DNA of 64,000 bases from Octopus vulgaris (taxonomy: Eukaryota), in assembly GCA_951406725.2 (NCBI GenBank), contig OX597828.1:61752001-61816000 (forward strand), given 5' to 3'. Position 1 is the first letter of the stretch. The number at the start of each line of letters is the position of its first letter. A model generated the notes under the pieces. That model made no database searches and was not told the origin of the DNA. It saw nothing but the letters and a program-made list of their open reading frames with translations. A program made the translations under genes and the position numbers. Of this stretch, positions 1-17,322 are shown in pieces.

Positions 1-1600
1 ATGTTGTTGGTTTGGATTGTTATGCGTTTTCGTTTGTTGAGATGTTTGTGATGTTGGTGGTTTTTCTAGTGTTGGAGATGTTTGTAGTTTATGTTGGTGT
101 AGGATGTATGGTGTGTGCTGGTTTGTTGGCTTCCATTTCTCCTCCTCTAATATATTTATTTTTAGTCTTTTACAACACTTTTCATTTTGTAATTTTTTTC
201 TTTCCCTTTCATCAAAATCCATTCTGGTAGTTTTCTCAACATGTTTTACTTGCTAGAAGAGTTTTCATTGAAGGAGAAATCTGTGGCCGGGGTAAAAATT
301 ATGTCTGCACAGTCACGTATTTCCAAGTTGATGGTCTGATCGACTGGTGTGGTTGAGGCTTCTTTCGGTTGCAATGGGGGAAGATGACGCTATTTTCTTT
401 CTCGGTGTTGGTACCGGTACTTGTTGCTGATGTTGTAGAATGGATCTCTCCAGCTGCTCTTTCTGTTTATGCTGATGCTCTTGGCACTGATGCTGGTGGA
501 GATGCTGTTGCTTCTGCCGTTGCTTTTGATGTTGTTGCTGTTGCCGCTGCTGTTATGTTAGAAATGTCTGCAATAGCAGGGGTCTTCCTTTGCTTTTCAT
601 AGGGCAGAAAGCGTTTACGTGGTTTGTTTCGTCACAAATGTAGAATCTCAGTGTTCTGCCCTCGGCTGATACGAATAGCTGTGTACCGTAAGGGAGGATG
701 ATCAAATCAGGGATAACTTCGATACTTCCTCAATTGAATCAATAATTCCATTCCTGTGCCTGGCCAATTTTTCTTTTCCCATTTTATACACTTGGAGAAT
801 TGTTGTATTCTTTATACGTTGCGACCAGCCAAGAGATGTTCACTTCTGAGTGGTACCTCTGCTGCCTTTGTTTTCACCACTCTCCGACTGAGATATGTCG
901 GAATTAATCACAATTCCTCACTTTTGAGGGTGTCATTTCTCTTTCTTTGGCTTTTTTTTCTGTTGGGAATCTCGCTTCAACTGTGACAAAGCGTCTCCAC
1001 GGTGATATACGTTTTTATCCCACAGACTGATCTTAGGCATTTTTCAATCTGGACCTGCGCCGTCAGCTCCAGACTCATCCAGTTTTTTGATGAAATAAAC
1101 TTGTTGATACCAGTTTTTTTTCTTGTATATTCTTGCATTTCCTTTGAAATGTTTCGAAATATTGTTCTCTTTGATGTCACTTAACGTTTTCCTGACACGT
1201 CAACTTTCTCCAGTCGGTGACACGCTAGTGCAAGACCCATTGTATTGATGTATGTGTCGGTGGATTTGCTGTTTTTACTGGTGGTGTTGGTGGAGGTGGC
1301 AATGTTCTTGCTAATGTTGGTGTTGCGTTGAGCTGACATTGTTCTCTTTTGCAGTTCCTGTGATGGTAGGGCTGAAATTTTTAGCAGCGGAAAATTAGCT
1401 TCGTAGTTCCCTCGTGTTGTTGTTGTTGTTGTTGCTGCTGCTCTTGTTGCCTTGTTGTTGTTGTTACCACCGCTGCTGTTATCGTTGATTTTCACAATGT
1501 CGCTGTTCTGTTATGCGGATTGTTGATTCTCTTTTTCAGCGGACGAATGATCCTCGTCCGTCATCTTTCAGTTTTTAAACAAACATTGAGGGGCGGGTTT
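1..1600 (-). mobile_element. Degenerate ORF1 (gag-like) region of an L1/Tx1-type non-LTR retrotransposon
   Basis: The minus strand at ~600-720 reads IPDLIILPYGTQLFVSAEGRTLR-F-YI-C-DETN-H-VNAF-C-P, a CX2CX4HX4C zinc knuckle with the first Cys mutated (TTC for TGC). It is flanked by Thr/Asn/Ser-rich low-complexity coding with many stops and frameshifts. Confidence 0.6.
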
Positions 1601-1805
1601 GCAAAACAAACCAAAATTTAACCTACAAAGGCTACGGATGGAGAAAACTAACCAGCTCCCAATGGTTCTGGTTAGTTTTTTTCTACAAAACGATAACAAA
1701 TGTTCAATATATAACTTTGTGTAACGGTAGAAACAATAGCAAACTTACGGAAACGAAGTACAATACGTGTCGATAAAGGAACAAACAAAATAAAAATAAT
1801 ATTGG

Positions 1806-2003
1806 TTTCAAATTGTGGCACAAGGACAGCAATTTCGGGGAGGGGGTAAGTCAATTACATCAACCCCAGTGCTTAATTAGTGCTTATTTTACTGACCTCG
1901 AGAGGAGGAAACCTCAGTGGAATTTGAACTCAGAACGCGAAGACGGACGAAATGCCGCTAAGCATTTTGTCTGACCTGCTAACGATTTTGCCAGCTCACC
2001 GCT
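1806..2003 (-). mobile_element. tRNA-derived SINE (family with many copies in this window)
   Basis: Minus strand reads GGCGGTGAGCTGGCAAAATCGTTAGC...TTCTGAGTTCAAATTCC (A/B-box-like). Homologous to copies at ~20125, ~23040, ~26960, ~29240, ~29850, 45090-45675 and 53530. Confidence 0.8.
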
Positions 2004-2606
<603 letters not shown>

Positions 2607-2610
<4 letters not shown>

Positions 2611-3112
2611 CAAAGAACATGCCTCCTCATTGATATGACTGTCCCAATCGATATAAACGTATCTGTCAAGACCTACCAAAAACTGAGCAAATATAAAGAT
2701 CTTGAAATAGAAATCAGCAAAATGTGGAAGCTGAAGACTAAAACAATACCTGTTGTCATAGGTGCCCTGGGAATGATAGCAAAAGGGGCTGATAGCTACC
2801 TAACTCAGATACCAGGAAACCCAAAAATGGCAGAAATTCAAAAGATAGTGCTCATGGGAACTGCTCATATCCTACGCAAAATACTTTCTATGTAATCTCA
2901 AGGTTTAAAACAAACATAATTTTCGGTTTAAAAAAAAAAAAAAAACACTTTTTTTTTTTAGACATTCATTAGTACAACACCCCCCCCCCCCCCCCAAATA
3001 TATGGCACACTAGGCATAACAACAACATGAACTTCCAACCCTGTTGTCTCTTGAGGTCTCTGGGTGAGACTTGGAACCAACTTGTACAAATATAAAGCAA
3101 AAGTCAAACATA

Positions 3113-3113
<1 letters not shown>
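2607..3113 (+). mobile_element. 5'-truncated R4/Dong-type LINE (RLE C-terminus + 3' UTR)
   Basis: Encodes KQRTCLLIDMTVP...KLSKYKDLEIEI...PVVIGALG...LMGTAHILRKILSM. Near-identical to 7092-7600 and flanked on both sides by (AAT)n. Confidence 0.92.
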
Positions 3114-3208
<95 letters not shown>

Positions 3209-3237
3209 TGATGATGATGACGATGATCATAATAATG

Positions 3238-3317
<80 letters not shown>

Positions 3318-4152
3318 GATTCGGAACTACCAAGCCAATGTGATGAAAAATGGAGTAGACCCAAAGTGCCGATACTGCAACGATGAAACTGAGACAGTGA
3401 ATCACCTAATCTCTGGGTGAAAGGTTTCAGTGCCAGTAGAGAACAAATCAAGACATGACAGAGTTGGCCAATATCTACACTGGATAAAATGTTGGCATCA
3501 TAAAATCAAAACTGCTGACAAATGGTACAAGCACCACCCTGAGGCAGTAACTGAGGGAGAAAATGTAACAATTCTTTGGGACTTTCCAATTCATACAGAA
3601 CAGATCATCAAAGCTAATAAACCAGATATTGTTGTGAAAGATCAAAACAATAAAATTTATTTATTGATTGATATGAGCATACCTTGTGATCATAATATCT
3701 CGGCAAAAGAATTTGATAAGTTCAGAAAATATAAAGATTTGCTGATTGAAACCCCAAAAATGAGGCATCTCAAGACAATTACAATACTAGTGATTGCAGG
3801 AACATTTGGAATGATCAAAAAAGGAATTGAAAATTATTTTTGGATGATCCCTGGCTTACCATCTATGCAGGAAGTGCAAAAGATCGTCTTAACTGGTAGC
3901 TCACGTATTGAGAAGAGCATTGCCAATGTGAAGTTTCTTTCCCATTTCCCCTTTATTTTGTTTTCAGTTTTCTTTTTCTCTTTCTTTGTTTCTTTGTTTC
4001 TTTTTCTCTTTGTCTTTCTTCCCCTTTTTTTCTACCACATAACTTTGTAAATGAACAATCTGGTGTCTTTATTTGAATGTATAAAGTTAGTTTCTTTGTC
4101 CTAGATGTTGGGAAGATACTTGGCAAGAAATGGAAACAAAATTGAAAGAAGA
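3318..4152 (+). mobile_element. 5'-truncated R4/Dong-type LINE, second subfamily (CCHC finger + RLE)
   Basis: CRYCNDETETVNHLISG, RHDRVGQYLHW, ILWDFPIHT..ANKPDIVV..LIDMSIP..K..KY. Flanked by AAT/GAT (3114-3317) and AAT/AAC (4153-4312) tracts. Confidence 0.88.
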
Positions 4153-4180
4153 TAATAATAACAATAAAAATAATAATAAT

Positions 4181-7600
<3,420 letters not shown>

Positions 7601-7624
7601 AATAATAATAATAATAATAATAAT

Positions 7625-7975
7625 GACACAGACAGAACGATGCAAGGTAATCGAGCAGACATAATTATTAAAGATGAGGAAGAAAATACTTGTACGCTAA
7701 TAGATGTAAGCGTTCCCACTAATACAAACATATCTGTCAAGGAAATTGATAAACTAAATAAATATAAGGATCTGGAAATTAAAGTACAAAAGATGCTGCA
7801 TCTTAAAACGAGAACTGTTCCGGTTATTGTAGGTACCTTAGATATGATAAAAAAAAGGGATGTCAGAAACATTTAGATAAAATCTCAGGAGAACCATGTC
7901 TCAGAGAAATCCAAAAGATTGTGCTGACAAGTACTGCCCATATTATTATGTACTCTAGCCATCATTATTAATTTT
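7625..7975 (+). mobile_element. R4/Dong-type RLE 3' fragment (third subfamily)
   Basis: RADIIIKDEEENTCTLIDVSVP...KLNKYKDLEI...PVIVGTL. Starts right after the AAT run at 7601-7624. Confidence 0.8.
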
Positions 7976-8029
7976 ATCATTTTCTCTTTATCACAGGTTT
8001 TGTTGGAGCTCCTGGAGTCTTGCATGTTT

Positions 8030-8310
8030 AACGGTTTACTACCTGCAGCCTACGACACCATGCTATTCGCTCTTTTCAGCTGTCTAATACTTACCTGATT
8101 ATTCCGGCCGTGCCAAGGAGGTAAATCTTTTGTAACAGTTGTACTGGGCGTTCTTATCCAGTTTCCTTTATATTCCTCTTGTTGCCTTATGATACTGTTC
8201 CCAAGGATCCAACAATAATTGCCACTATCTTCATCTTCTTCATTTTCCATAGCCTGGCTATTTCGTACTTAAGAGGGTTGCATCTATCTATCTTTTCGTC
8301 TTCTTGACTA
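8030..8310 (-). mobile_element. R4/Dong-type RLE 3' fragment, minus strand
   Basis: Minus frame reads KYEIARLWKMKKMKIVAIIVGSLG...LQKIYLLGTAGIIR. Confidence 0.7.
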
Positions 8311-8363
8311 TTCGTGGGTCAAAGGGGCATGCAAAGTCATCTACATAGCATATGTGGTGCACC

Positions 8364-9680
<1,317 letters not shown>

Positions 9681-9707
9681 TTCTTCTTCTTCTTCTTCTT
9701 CTTCTTC

Positions 9708-9814
<107 letters not shown>

Positions 9815-10189
9815 ATTATTATTATTATTATTATTATTAGTAATGTTTTTATTATTTAACGGTATACACAAATGTGTCGCAATGTCTCCGATACTGCGCC
9901 ACAGTTAGTTTTCTTAAGTATCGAGGCTCTTTCGAACAATCCTGAGCAAATTTCTGTATTAGTGCCTGTACGTATATTTGTATGTATACGTACATATTTA
10001 TACATGTATATCATAATATAAGAATTGTAAAATATATAAAAAAATATTTTTTACGTAGTACAAACCTTATGCGTTGGGTAAAATGGATTGCAATGTGGAT
10101 TGTACCGAAAGTAAGTCAAAAGCGGGTATAACCATTTTATTAACTATTTTATTTTCTCCTCGATTTGGGTAACTCTTTCTTTATAATAG

Positions 10190-10810
10190 CTCTCTTCCTG
10201 TTCTTCATTTCAGGTAAATAATGGTTTCCAAGAAGTCGTATGCTGTCATTGAGTTCTTCATGGTGGAGTACTGCAGGCTGTCTGCAAGCTAACATGCATA
10301 GGGGACTACAGGAAAGAACAGAAATAACGCCACTGACATAATGCACAGATGAAGTTTAAAGAAGTGATGACCACGCAGTGGCAGATTGTCATCCACGACT
10401 CCCGCGTCAAGTCGCCGGCGAGTGAACGAAGTAATTGGGGCAAACAGACAAGTCCCAGTGTAATGAGCGTGCCGCACATTTGGATTGTGGTCACAATGCA
10501 GTGCAGTGGAAGATGATGGAAACCTTCAAATATCGGAAACTGTGTGCAAAGTGACTAACTCGGCAATTGACAACCGATTTGGAGGAGAGTATTGTGGAAA
10601 TCTGCTTTGATAAGCTGTGAGTGTTTGAAACTAATGAATTCACCTTTTTTTCTGATCTGGTGACAGGGAATGAAACGTGGACATTTTATTATGATCAAGA
10701 AATGAAGGCTCAACCCATGGAATAGTGTCACAACTCTTCTGCTGCAAAGTCTAAAAATTTTAAGTATCAGCGATGGCATCTATTTCATTGTTAATGGTTT
10801 TAGGGATGAC
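10190..10810 (+). mobile_element. mariner transposase remnant
   Basis: YAVIEFF (N-terminal HTH), YRKLCAK*LTRQLT (WVPHEL-like motif) and LVTGNETWTFYYDQEMKAQPME (first catalytic block). Confidence 0.75.
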
Positions 10811-10899
10811 GTTATATATATATATATACGATGGGCTTCTTTTAGTTTCCGTCTACCAGATAAACTAACACAGGTGTTACGCTGTGAGACTGAACCCAG

Positions 10900-11175
10900 A
10901 ACTACTGTATCGACATGACTATCGGATGTTGTTATACACTATGTTGTTATACACTATCGGATTGCGATTTTTCATATTGTTTGAGCTTTTGAATGATATC
11001 ACCCAGATGGCTAAGCGGGCTGACCAATTATCCCGTCATAGAGTTACAGCGGAGTAGACTCAAGCAACGAAAGATGAGGTTATTTGCTCAAAACACAACA
11101 CACCGCCTGTTTGGGAATCGAAATCCCGAATTCGCTATCGCGAGTGCAACACCTAACCACTAGACCACCCGAGCG
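10900..11175 (-). mobile_element. tRNA-derived SINE (second family)
   Basis: Minus-strand head GGTGGTCTAGTGGTTAGGTGTTGCACTCGCGA...GATTTCGATTCCC. Related to 51650-51938. Confidence 0.65.
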
Positions 11176-11608
11176 CAGCGCGCACACACACACACGTGTT
11201 TACATATGTATCTTCAAGTATATGTGTGTATACAGGCGCACACAGGTGTGTGTGTGTGTGCGTGGGTGTGTGTGGTTGCCTGTATCTGTGTTTGTGTATC
11301 CTATGTCAGTCACAGCAGCAACTTCAGCAGCAGTCACAGTACCTACCTATAGTGAACTGCTAATCGCTGTGGCAATAGTACGAGAGAGCCAAAGACTTAA
11401 CTGCAGATAACGACAGGCAGCAGCCGACGTTTTTCGGAAAGATTTTATAAACTCATTCCTCTTTTTCTTATGCTTTCTACCTGCGTTTTCATTTTCTCTT
11501 TTTCTGTTTAGTTAATATAGAGTTGCGATTGGCCAACCGTAGCCTCCAGAGCTACAGAATGGTCCTAGGGAGGTGTGGCTTCATTTGGCCAGAAATGACA
11601 GATGTTCA

Positions 11609-11830
11609 ATACTGTAATCCCTTGACTATCGCAGGTGTTACGTTCCAAAACACTCCGCGATATGTAAAAATCCGCGAAGTAGAAACAATACTGTATTGTA
11701 TATTTTTAAAAATTATTTTTATAATTTGTATATATTTATTTTATTATAAATGTAAAACAACATCACGGAGGAATCGGCGTCAGCTTAAATAATAAATTAC
11801 GGTTGGTGAACCGCGATATGGCGAGGAATT
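11609..11830. mobile_element. Tigger/pogo-like MITE remnant
   Basis: Left end CTGTAATCCCTTGACTATCGCAGG is an imperfect inverted repeat of right end CCGCGATATGGCGAGGAATT; AT-rich interior. Confidence 0.5.
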
Positions 11831-11958
11831 CTCACCTTTTATGTTTTGATTTAGTTTGTTTTGTGTACTAAATTATCGAGATGAGGTAGAGTTTGTATTG
11901 GAATGATAAATTCACAAAGATTGAGTGAAAGGTGAATATATGTTGATACACAACCTTA

Positions 11959-12029
<71 letters not shown>

Positions 12030-12135
12030 CACTCACACGCAAACACACATATACATACACATTTATACGTATGTGTGTGTATATGTTTATGTGCTTGTGT
12101 GTTTGTGTAATACATATATACATATATATGTGTGC

Positions 12136-12171
<36 letters not shown>

Positions 12172-12467
12172 ATTTGTATGTGTATTTATGTATGTATGTA
12201 TGTATGTATGTATGTATGTATTTGTATGTGTATGTATTTGTATGCATGTATGTATGAACTTAATTTCTGAAGGCCGTTTGTCACCTGAAATGTTCATAAA
12301 CCGATTTGCCCATGATGAGAGGTGTTTGTAAACTGAGGTACTACTACATACATACTACTGTATGTATATCAAGAAAGGAGTTGGACATTTTTTTTTGCAT
12401 TATTTATTCATCAGGTGCTTGGATTGTTGATAAGGCTGTGGAATAGTATTATAACACATCATTTATA

Positions 12468-14084
12468 CAGTTGCGGCGAAAATGTTCAGAACAGCATTGT
12501 TTTCGTCAGAAAAGCAAGTATAAGTTTTTATCAAAGTAGTTTTATATTCTATAATTTTCACAGACAATAAATACAATATTAAGTGTTATTGTCTGAGATT
12601 TTGGTGTAATTTGAGAGGATAATACAAAAGTTATGGATGATTTAGTGATTTACTGCAAAACCCATGGCGGCCAAAATGATCAGAACAGTTGAAAAAAATA
12701 ACAAAATAATCAAAAATGACAGAGAATACTGGAATTATTTAATATTTAGTGTGAAGCCCTTTAGCTTCAATCACACTCTGACATCTTTGACTGCATGAGG
12801 AAATTAAATTTTCAATTTCTTGCTGGGTGATCTTATTCCATTCTTCCTGAAGGGCATTCCATAATTGCTCAGTTGTTTTAGGATTTCTGGCTTTCGAACG
12901 TTCTCCTAGAATATTCCATACATTTTCAATAGGATTGAGATCTGGGCTTTGAGCAGGCCAATCCATAACAATAACCTTTTCAGACTTAAGGAAGTTCATG
13001 ACCACCTTAGCCTTGTGACATGGGGCATTGTCCTGCATGAATATGGGTGGTCGCTTAGTTGAATTTCTCAACACAGGCAAGACATGATCTTTTACAAGTT
13101 GTTTATAAACTCCTGCATTTACCTTTCCATGTAATAGCACCAAAGGGCCCACACCATCTTCAGATATCATCCCCCAAACCATGACACTTCCTCCACCGAA
13201 TTTAACACTAGTCTTAAGGCATTTAGGCGACAATTTTTCACCTACTTTTCTACGAACGTACCTTTTCCCATCTGAGCCAAATAACATAAACTTAGATTCA
13301 TCACTGAAATGCACCGTTTGCCATTTTTCTTGAGACCACAACACATGTTCAGTTGCAAAGGTAAGACGATACTTTTTATTCTTGGAGCTGATCAGTGGCT
13401 TCACTGCATGTGCTCTTGCTTGTAGGTCATGTTCAACTAAACGACGAGACACAGATTTTCGAGATAAAGTTTTCTTCAGTACAATGCTCATTTTCCGAGA
13501 AACAGCAGCAGCAGTTTTAAATCTGTCCTTTTTAACCAACTTTACCATAGCACGATCTTCTTTTTTGGTCGTTTTTCTTGGCCTACCTGTAAACTTTCTT
13601 GCTTCACACGAACCACAATCATCGTAGACCTTAAGAATACCGTGTACAACACTTTTTGACTTGTTAACAATCTTTGCAATAGATCCAATACTTAAATTAT
13701 CCTTCCTTCGAAGCTTAATAATCTGCTGACGATTTGGTAACGGAGTAAGTGGCATTATATTAACAAAGTACACTGCAAATATTTTTACTAATGTTTAGTA
13801 AATGAACCGTCACGTAAACAAATTCAAAACATTAGAGTATACTAAAACACGGAGTAAAAGCAACCGTTCTGATCATTTTGGCCGCCATGGGTTTTGCAGT
13901 AAATCACTAAATCATCCATAACTTTTGTATTATGCTCTCAAATTACACCAAAATCTCAGGCAATAATAAATAATATCGTATTTATTGTCTGTGAAAATTA
14001 TAGAATATAAAACAACTTTGATAAAAAATTATATCTACTTTTCTGACGAAAACAATGCCGTTCTGAACCTTTTGGCCGCTACTG
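12468..14084 (-). mobile_element. Complete Tc1-family DNA transposon with IR/DR-type terminal inverted repeats
   Basis: TA at 12466-67 and 14085-86 (TSD); CAG...CTG ends; 224-bp TIRs at 12468-12691 and 13861-14084. Each TIR has outer and inner copies of GCGGC(C/G)AAAA(T/G)G(A/T)TCAGAAC. Confidence 0.96.
12739..13755 (-). CDS. Tc1-like transposase (DD34E), uninterrupted 338-aa ORF from the ATG
   Basis: Paired-like HTH, TGRPRKTT, FSDESKF (D1), FMQDNAPCH (D2), SPDLNPIENVW (E), with exactly 34 residues between D2 and E. Confidence 0.92.
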   Translation of the reverse strand: MPLTPLPNRQQIIKLRRKDNLSIGSIAKIVNKSKSVVHGILKVYDDCGSCEARKFTGRPRKTTKKEDRAMVKLVKKDRFKTAAAVSRKMSIVLKKTLSRKSVSRRLVEHDLQARAHAVKPLISSKNKKYRLTFATEHVLWSQEKWQTVHFSDESKFMLFGSDGKRYVRRKVGEKLSPKCLKTSVKFGGGSVMVWGMISEDGVGPLVLLHGKVNAGVYKQLVKDHVLPVLRNSTKRPPIFMQDNAPCHKAKVVMNFLKSEKVIVMDWPAQSPDLNPIENVWNILGERSKARNPKTTEQLWNALQEEWNKITQQEIENLISSCSQRCQSVIEAKGLHTKY

Positions 14085-14330
14085 TATATATATGGTGCGC
14101 CAGCATAGCCGCAGCTTTCGGGCTGAGACATTTTTAAGGATTTAAGGATTTATATATCTATACATACATACATACACCCATACATACATATTGGATTTGG
14201 TTTGCAAGATTCTTTATGTGAGTTCGTGTGTTGAAGCATATTCTGTTGTGTCTGGGGAGAGTCATTCTATTTTGGTGTCTTATAATTTAACATACTCACC
14301 GGCAAAATTTCCACTTATTTCTTTATTTTT

Positions 14331-14367
14331 CTAAAATTTTCGTTGCGTCTTGCAACCTTTTCAATAG
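14331..14367 (-). ncRNA. Minimal type-I hammerhead ribozyme-like motif, U3:A8 variant
   Basis: Minus strand reads CUA-UUGAAAA-G-GUUGC-AAGAC-GCAAC-GAAA-AU-U-U-UAG: stem I of only 3 bp, perfect 5-bp stem II, palindromic stem III (AAUU). Lies in a non-coding repeat at ~14190-14376. Confidence 0.5.
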
Positions 14368-15340
14368 TCGTTGACTCTGTCCGTTACTCACACTGCGTTC
14401 CTTTTTGTTTGTTTGTGCGCATGTGTGTGGATCAGTGTGTGTGTGTGTGTGAGTGCCTATACATACATGTATGTATGTATGCAAGTGTGTGTATGCAATT
14501 ATGTGTGTGCGTGCATATATATCTATGTGTGTACATTTGTATGCATCTATTTTGAATATTCATGTGTTTGCATGTCCGTGTTTGTGTGTTTTTATCTATG
14601 TGCGTGCGCGCGCGCGTGCGTGTGCGTATGTGTGTGTGTGTGTGCGTGTGCGTGCTTGTAAATGTGTGCGTCTGTCTCCTTGTGTATGCATATCTGAGTG
14701 TGTGTGTGTGTTTTCCAACTATGTACCGTGTTTGTATGTATGGGTGTGCAGCTCCATATGTGTAGGCATGTGTCTCCATATGTGTTCTCGTGTGAAGTAA
14801 AGTGTATCTGTGTATATATATGGTCATGTATTTTAGTCTTCATTTGCATATGTGTGCTTGTTTGTTCATATAACTATGTAACTATCCGTCTGTATGCTGA
14901 TCTGTTTACTTTCATATCCATATGCTTACATACATGTGCATATACATATATATATTCATATACCTACCCATACAAACACATGCATCTATCTCTCTCTCTA
15001 TGTGTGTGTGTGTGTGTGTGTGTGCGTGTGTATACATACACCCACACACACATATATACATACATCTATCTACCTAACAGCCCACTAACTATTCTACTCT
15101 ACCTGTGTAAAATGTGGGAATGGGGGTATATCTACTATGTATATTTCCTATTTAGTATAGGGGAAGTTTCATTTATGAGGACATACTCCCGTATTTGTCT
15201 GAGTGTTGGGTCCTTTGGATGCTTAGATAAGGTGCGTATGTCAGATGTCTGTGAGAACACGGAAGATCTCAGTAAAATCAGTACTTGCAACCACTCCAAC
15301 GATCTCACAGGTTGTGCAGTATAGACACACGCACACAACA

Positions 15341-15443
<103 letters not shown>

Positions 15444-15468
15444 TGCATACATATATATATACATATAT

Positions 15469-15534
<66 letters not shown>

Positions 15535-15537
<3 letters not shown>

Positions 15538-15668
15538 AATAGTAAATCCCCCAAAAAAACGAAGAACCAACACAAGAAACAATGCGATAACGTGGTAATG
15601 TAAAGTATTAGCAAACGCTCAGGGAAGGAAGAAAGATGGTTTAACGTTTCGAGCAAAGCTCTTCTTCT
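15535..15668 (-). mobile_element. Penelope-like pLTR fragment with truncated hammerhead (3' half)
   Basis: Minus strand reads GAAGA-A-GAGC-UUU-GCUC-GAAA-CG-UU-AAAC...UUCCCUGAGCGUU. Same family as 53850-54072 and adjacent to (TA)n. Confidence 0.55.
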
Positions 15669-16134
15669 CAACCTATAGCCCTATAATGTAATTCGATGAA
15701 TAACATTTATTTTACATTATTTCAAAAAAACATCACCCCCAACTTAAGAAATTGATCACCACTTTTAACCCAAATCATGCAAAATTCTAGGTGGGATTCC
15801 TAACGCCTGCTCGAGTTTTTAGCAAATTTGGTGTGCTGACTCAATGCAATGCAGAAATAGCATATCTGAGATATCAGCTTTCTAGATGAAGTAGTTTTTG
15901 CTTTTTAAACTATAATCACTAGTTGGCACTAGATTCTCACTTCAGTATTTCCGTTGCCTAATCCTTGTAAAAGCAAGAGAGATGTGAAATAAACGTTTAT
16001 TTAGATATTTTTAAGATTACTGAATTGAAATTGCTCTACGCAAAGGTTCAAAACTATGCTACTTTAAGACAGAAGCTACTACAGACATTCGATAACATGC
16101 AAAATTAAAAACAATACATATTTTTAATTTTACG

Positions 16135-17100
16135 CTAAGAGGAAAGTGGAAGTGGTTGATTTGCAGATTTGGAAGAAATTTAAGATGTATGCTTGGGAAG
16201 GAATAAGATGGATTGGGGGTAGTCTTTATTAAGTAGTAGGTTGCAAGGCTGACTTTGTTTTAAATTGACATTTTTTGGTATCAAAACTTATAGGATTATA
16301 TAGATTTAGCGATGTGCATGAAAGCTGAGTAGTAGCTGTGTTTACAAGATTAAATGATATTAGAGAATCTTTTGAGTAACGAGGAGTTGTGAAGGCGAAT
16401 AATAGTTAATGGTTCTTTTGGACATAACGTACACTTACCAATATTTGCATTGTATGAGAGAGCTTCACTTACGATGGACCAGTATATAAGGTGTATGGAA
16501 TATTTTGCGATTTGAGGTTATGTATATAACATACAACTTAATAAATACTAACCGCCCCTCTTATTCTTTCCCAAACATACATCTTACATTTCTTCCAAAT
16601 CTTTAAATCAACCACCTCCACTTTACTCTTATCCTCCCTCCCCTCCCCAACCTCAAACAGTACCTAACAAAACTCCACTCCTTTGAAAACTACCAACCCA
16701 ATTCCTTTGTCCCACGACTTTTGACCACCTCCTCACCGCCTTTACCTACAGAACCAGTCAACTCATTTCCCCCAATTATTAACAACCCCTTTTCACCATC
16801 TCAGACTTTACTCCATAGCCTTCATACAAACTATCACAAAGCTCATCACTCACATACTACCTAAACCACCCTTCTTCCCACCTTCCACCTCTACTACTAT
16901 CACAAGCCTCATTATTAATGCTGACTCTGTAATCTATTTTCTCCTCCAACTACTCTCTATCTAAATACCCCCAACTCCCCTTCCTAACACACTTTGCTCT
17001 CTACAAAATCATTCTATCTTTAAACTCCATCCTATGAACATTCTTCACTGTAATCTCTCCTCTGAGGATGGAGAAGGTGTTAACCGATAATGGATCCAAG
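16135..17100. mobile_element. Two oppositely oriented relics of one C-rich retroelement 3' region
   Basis: 16136-16220 is a diverged reverse complement of ~16552-16631. The C-rich tract ends at a CTGAGGA motif (17062). Confidence 0.45.
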
Positions 17101-17125
17101 TAGCTATCATTATTCCGGACCACCA

Positions 17126-17207
17126 AGTTAAATGGGAACAGTTTTACGAGACCAACAGCTGTTTCTGGAAACAGCTGTTGGTCTCGTAAAACTGTTCCCA
17201 TTTAACT
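17126..17207. repeat. Perfect inverted repeat: 40-bp arms, 2-nt spacer
   Basis: AGTTAAATGGGAACAGTTTTACGAGACCAACAGCTGTTTC-TG-exact reverse complement. Confidence 0.97.
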
Positions 17208-17322
17208 CCTGATATCATTTATATTCTGTAAGTCGGACTATTTTATAACCAGACACATGTCTCAAACCTATATCTATCTATCTATATGTATGTATGCATA
17301 TATATATATATATATATATATG

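Noticed and set aside
11300-11450. Minus-strand donor-like site (AG|GTAGGT, ~11347) marking an exon
   Set aside because: No supporting acceptor or recognisable reading frame; such a match is expected by chance.
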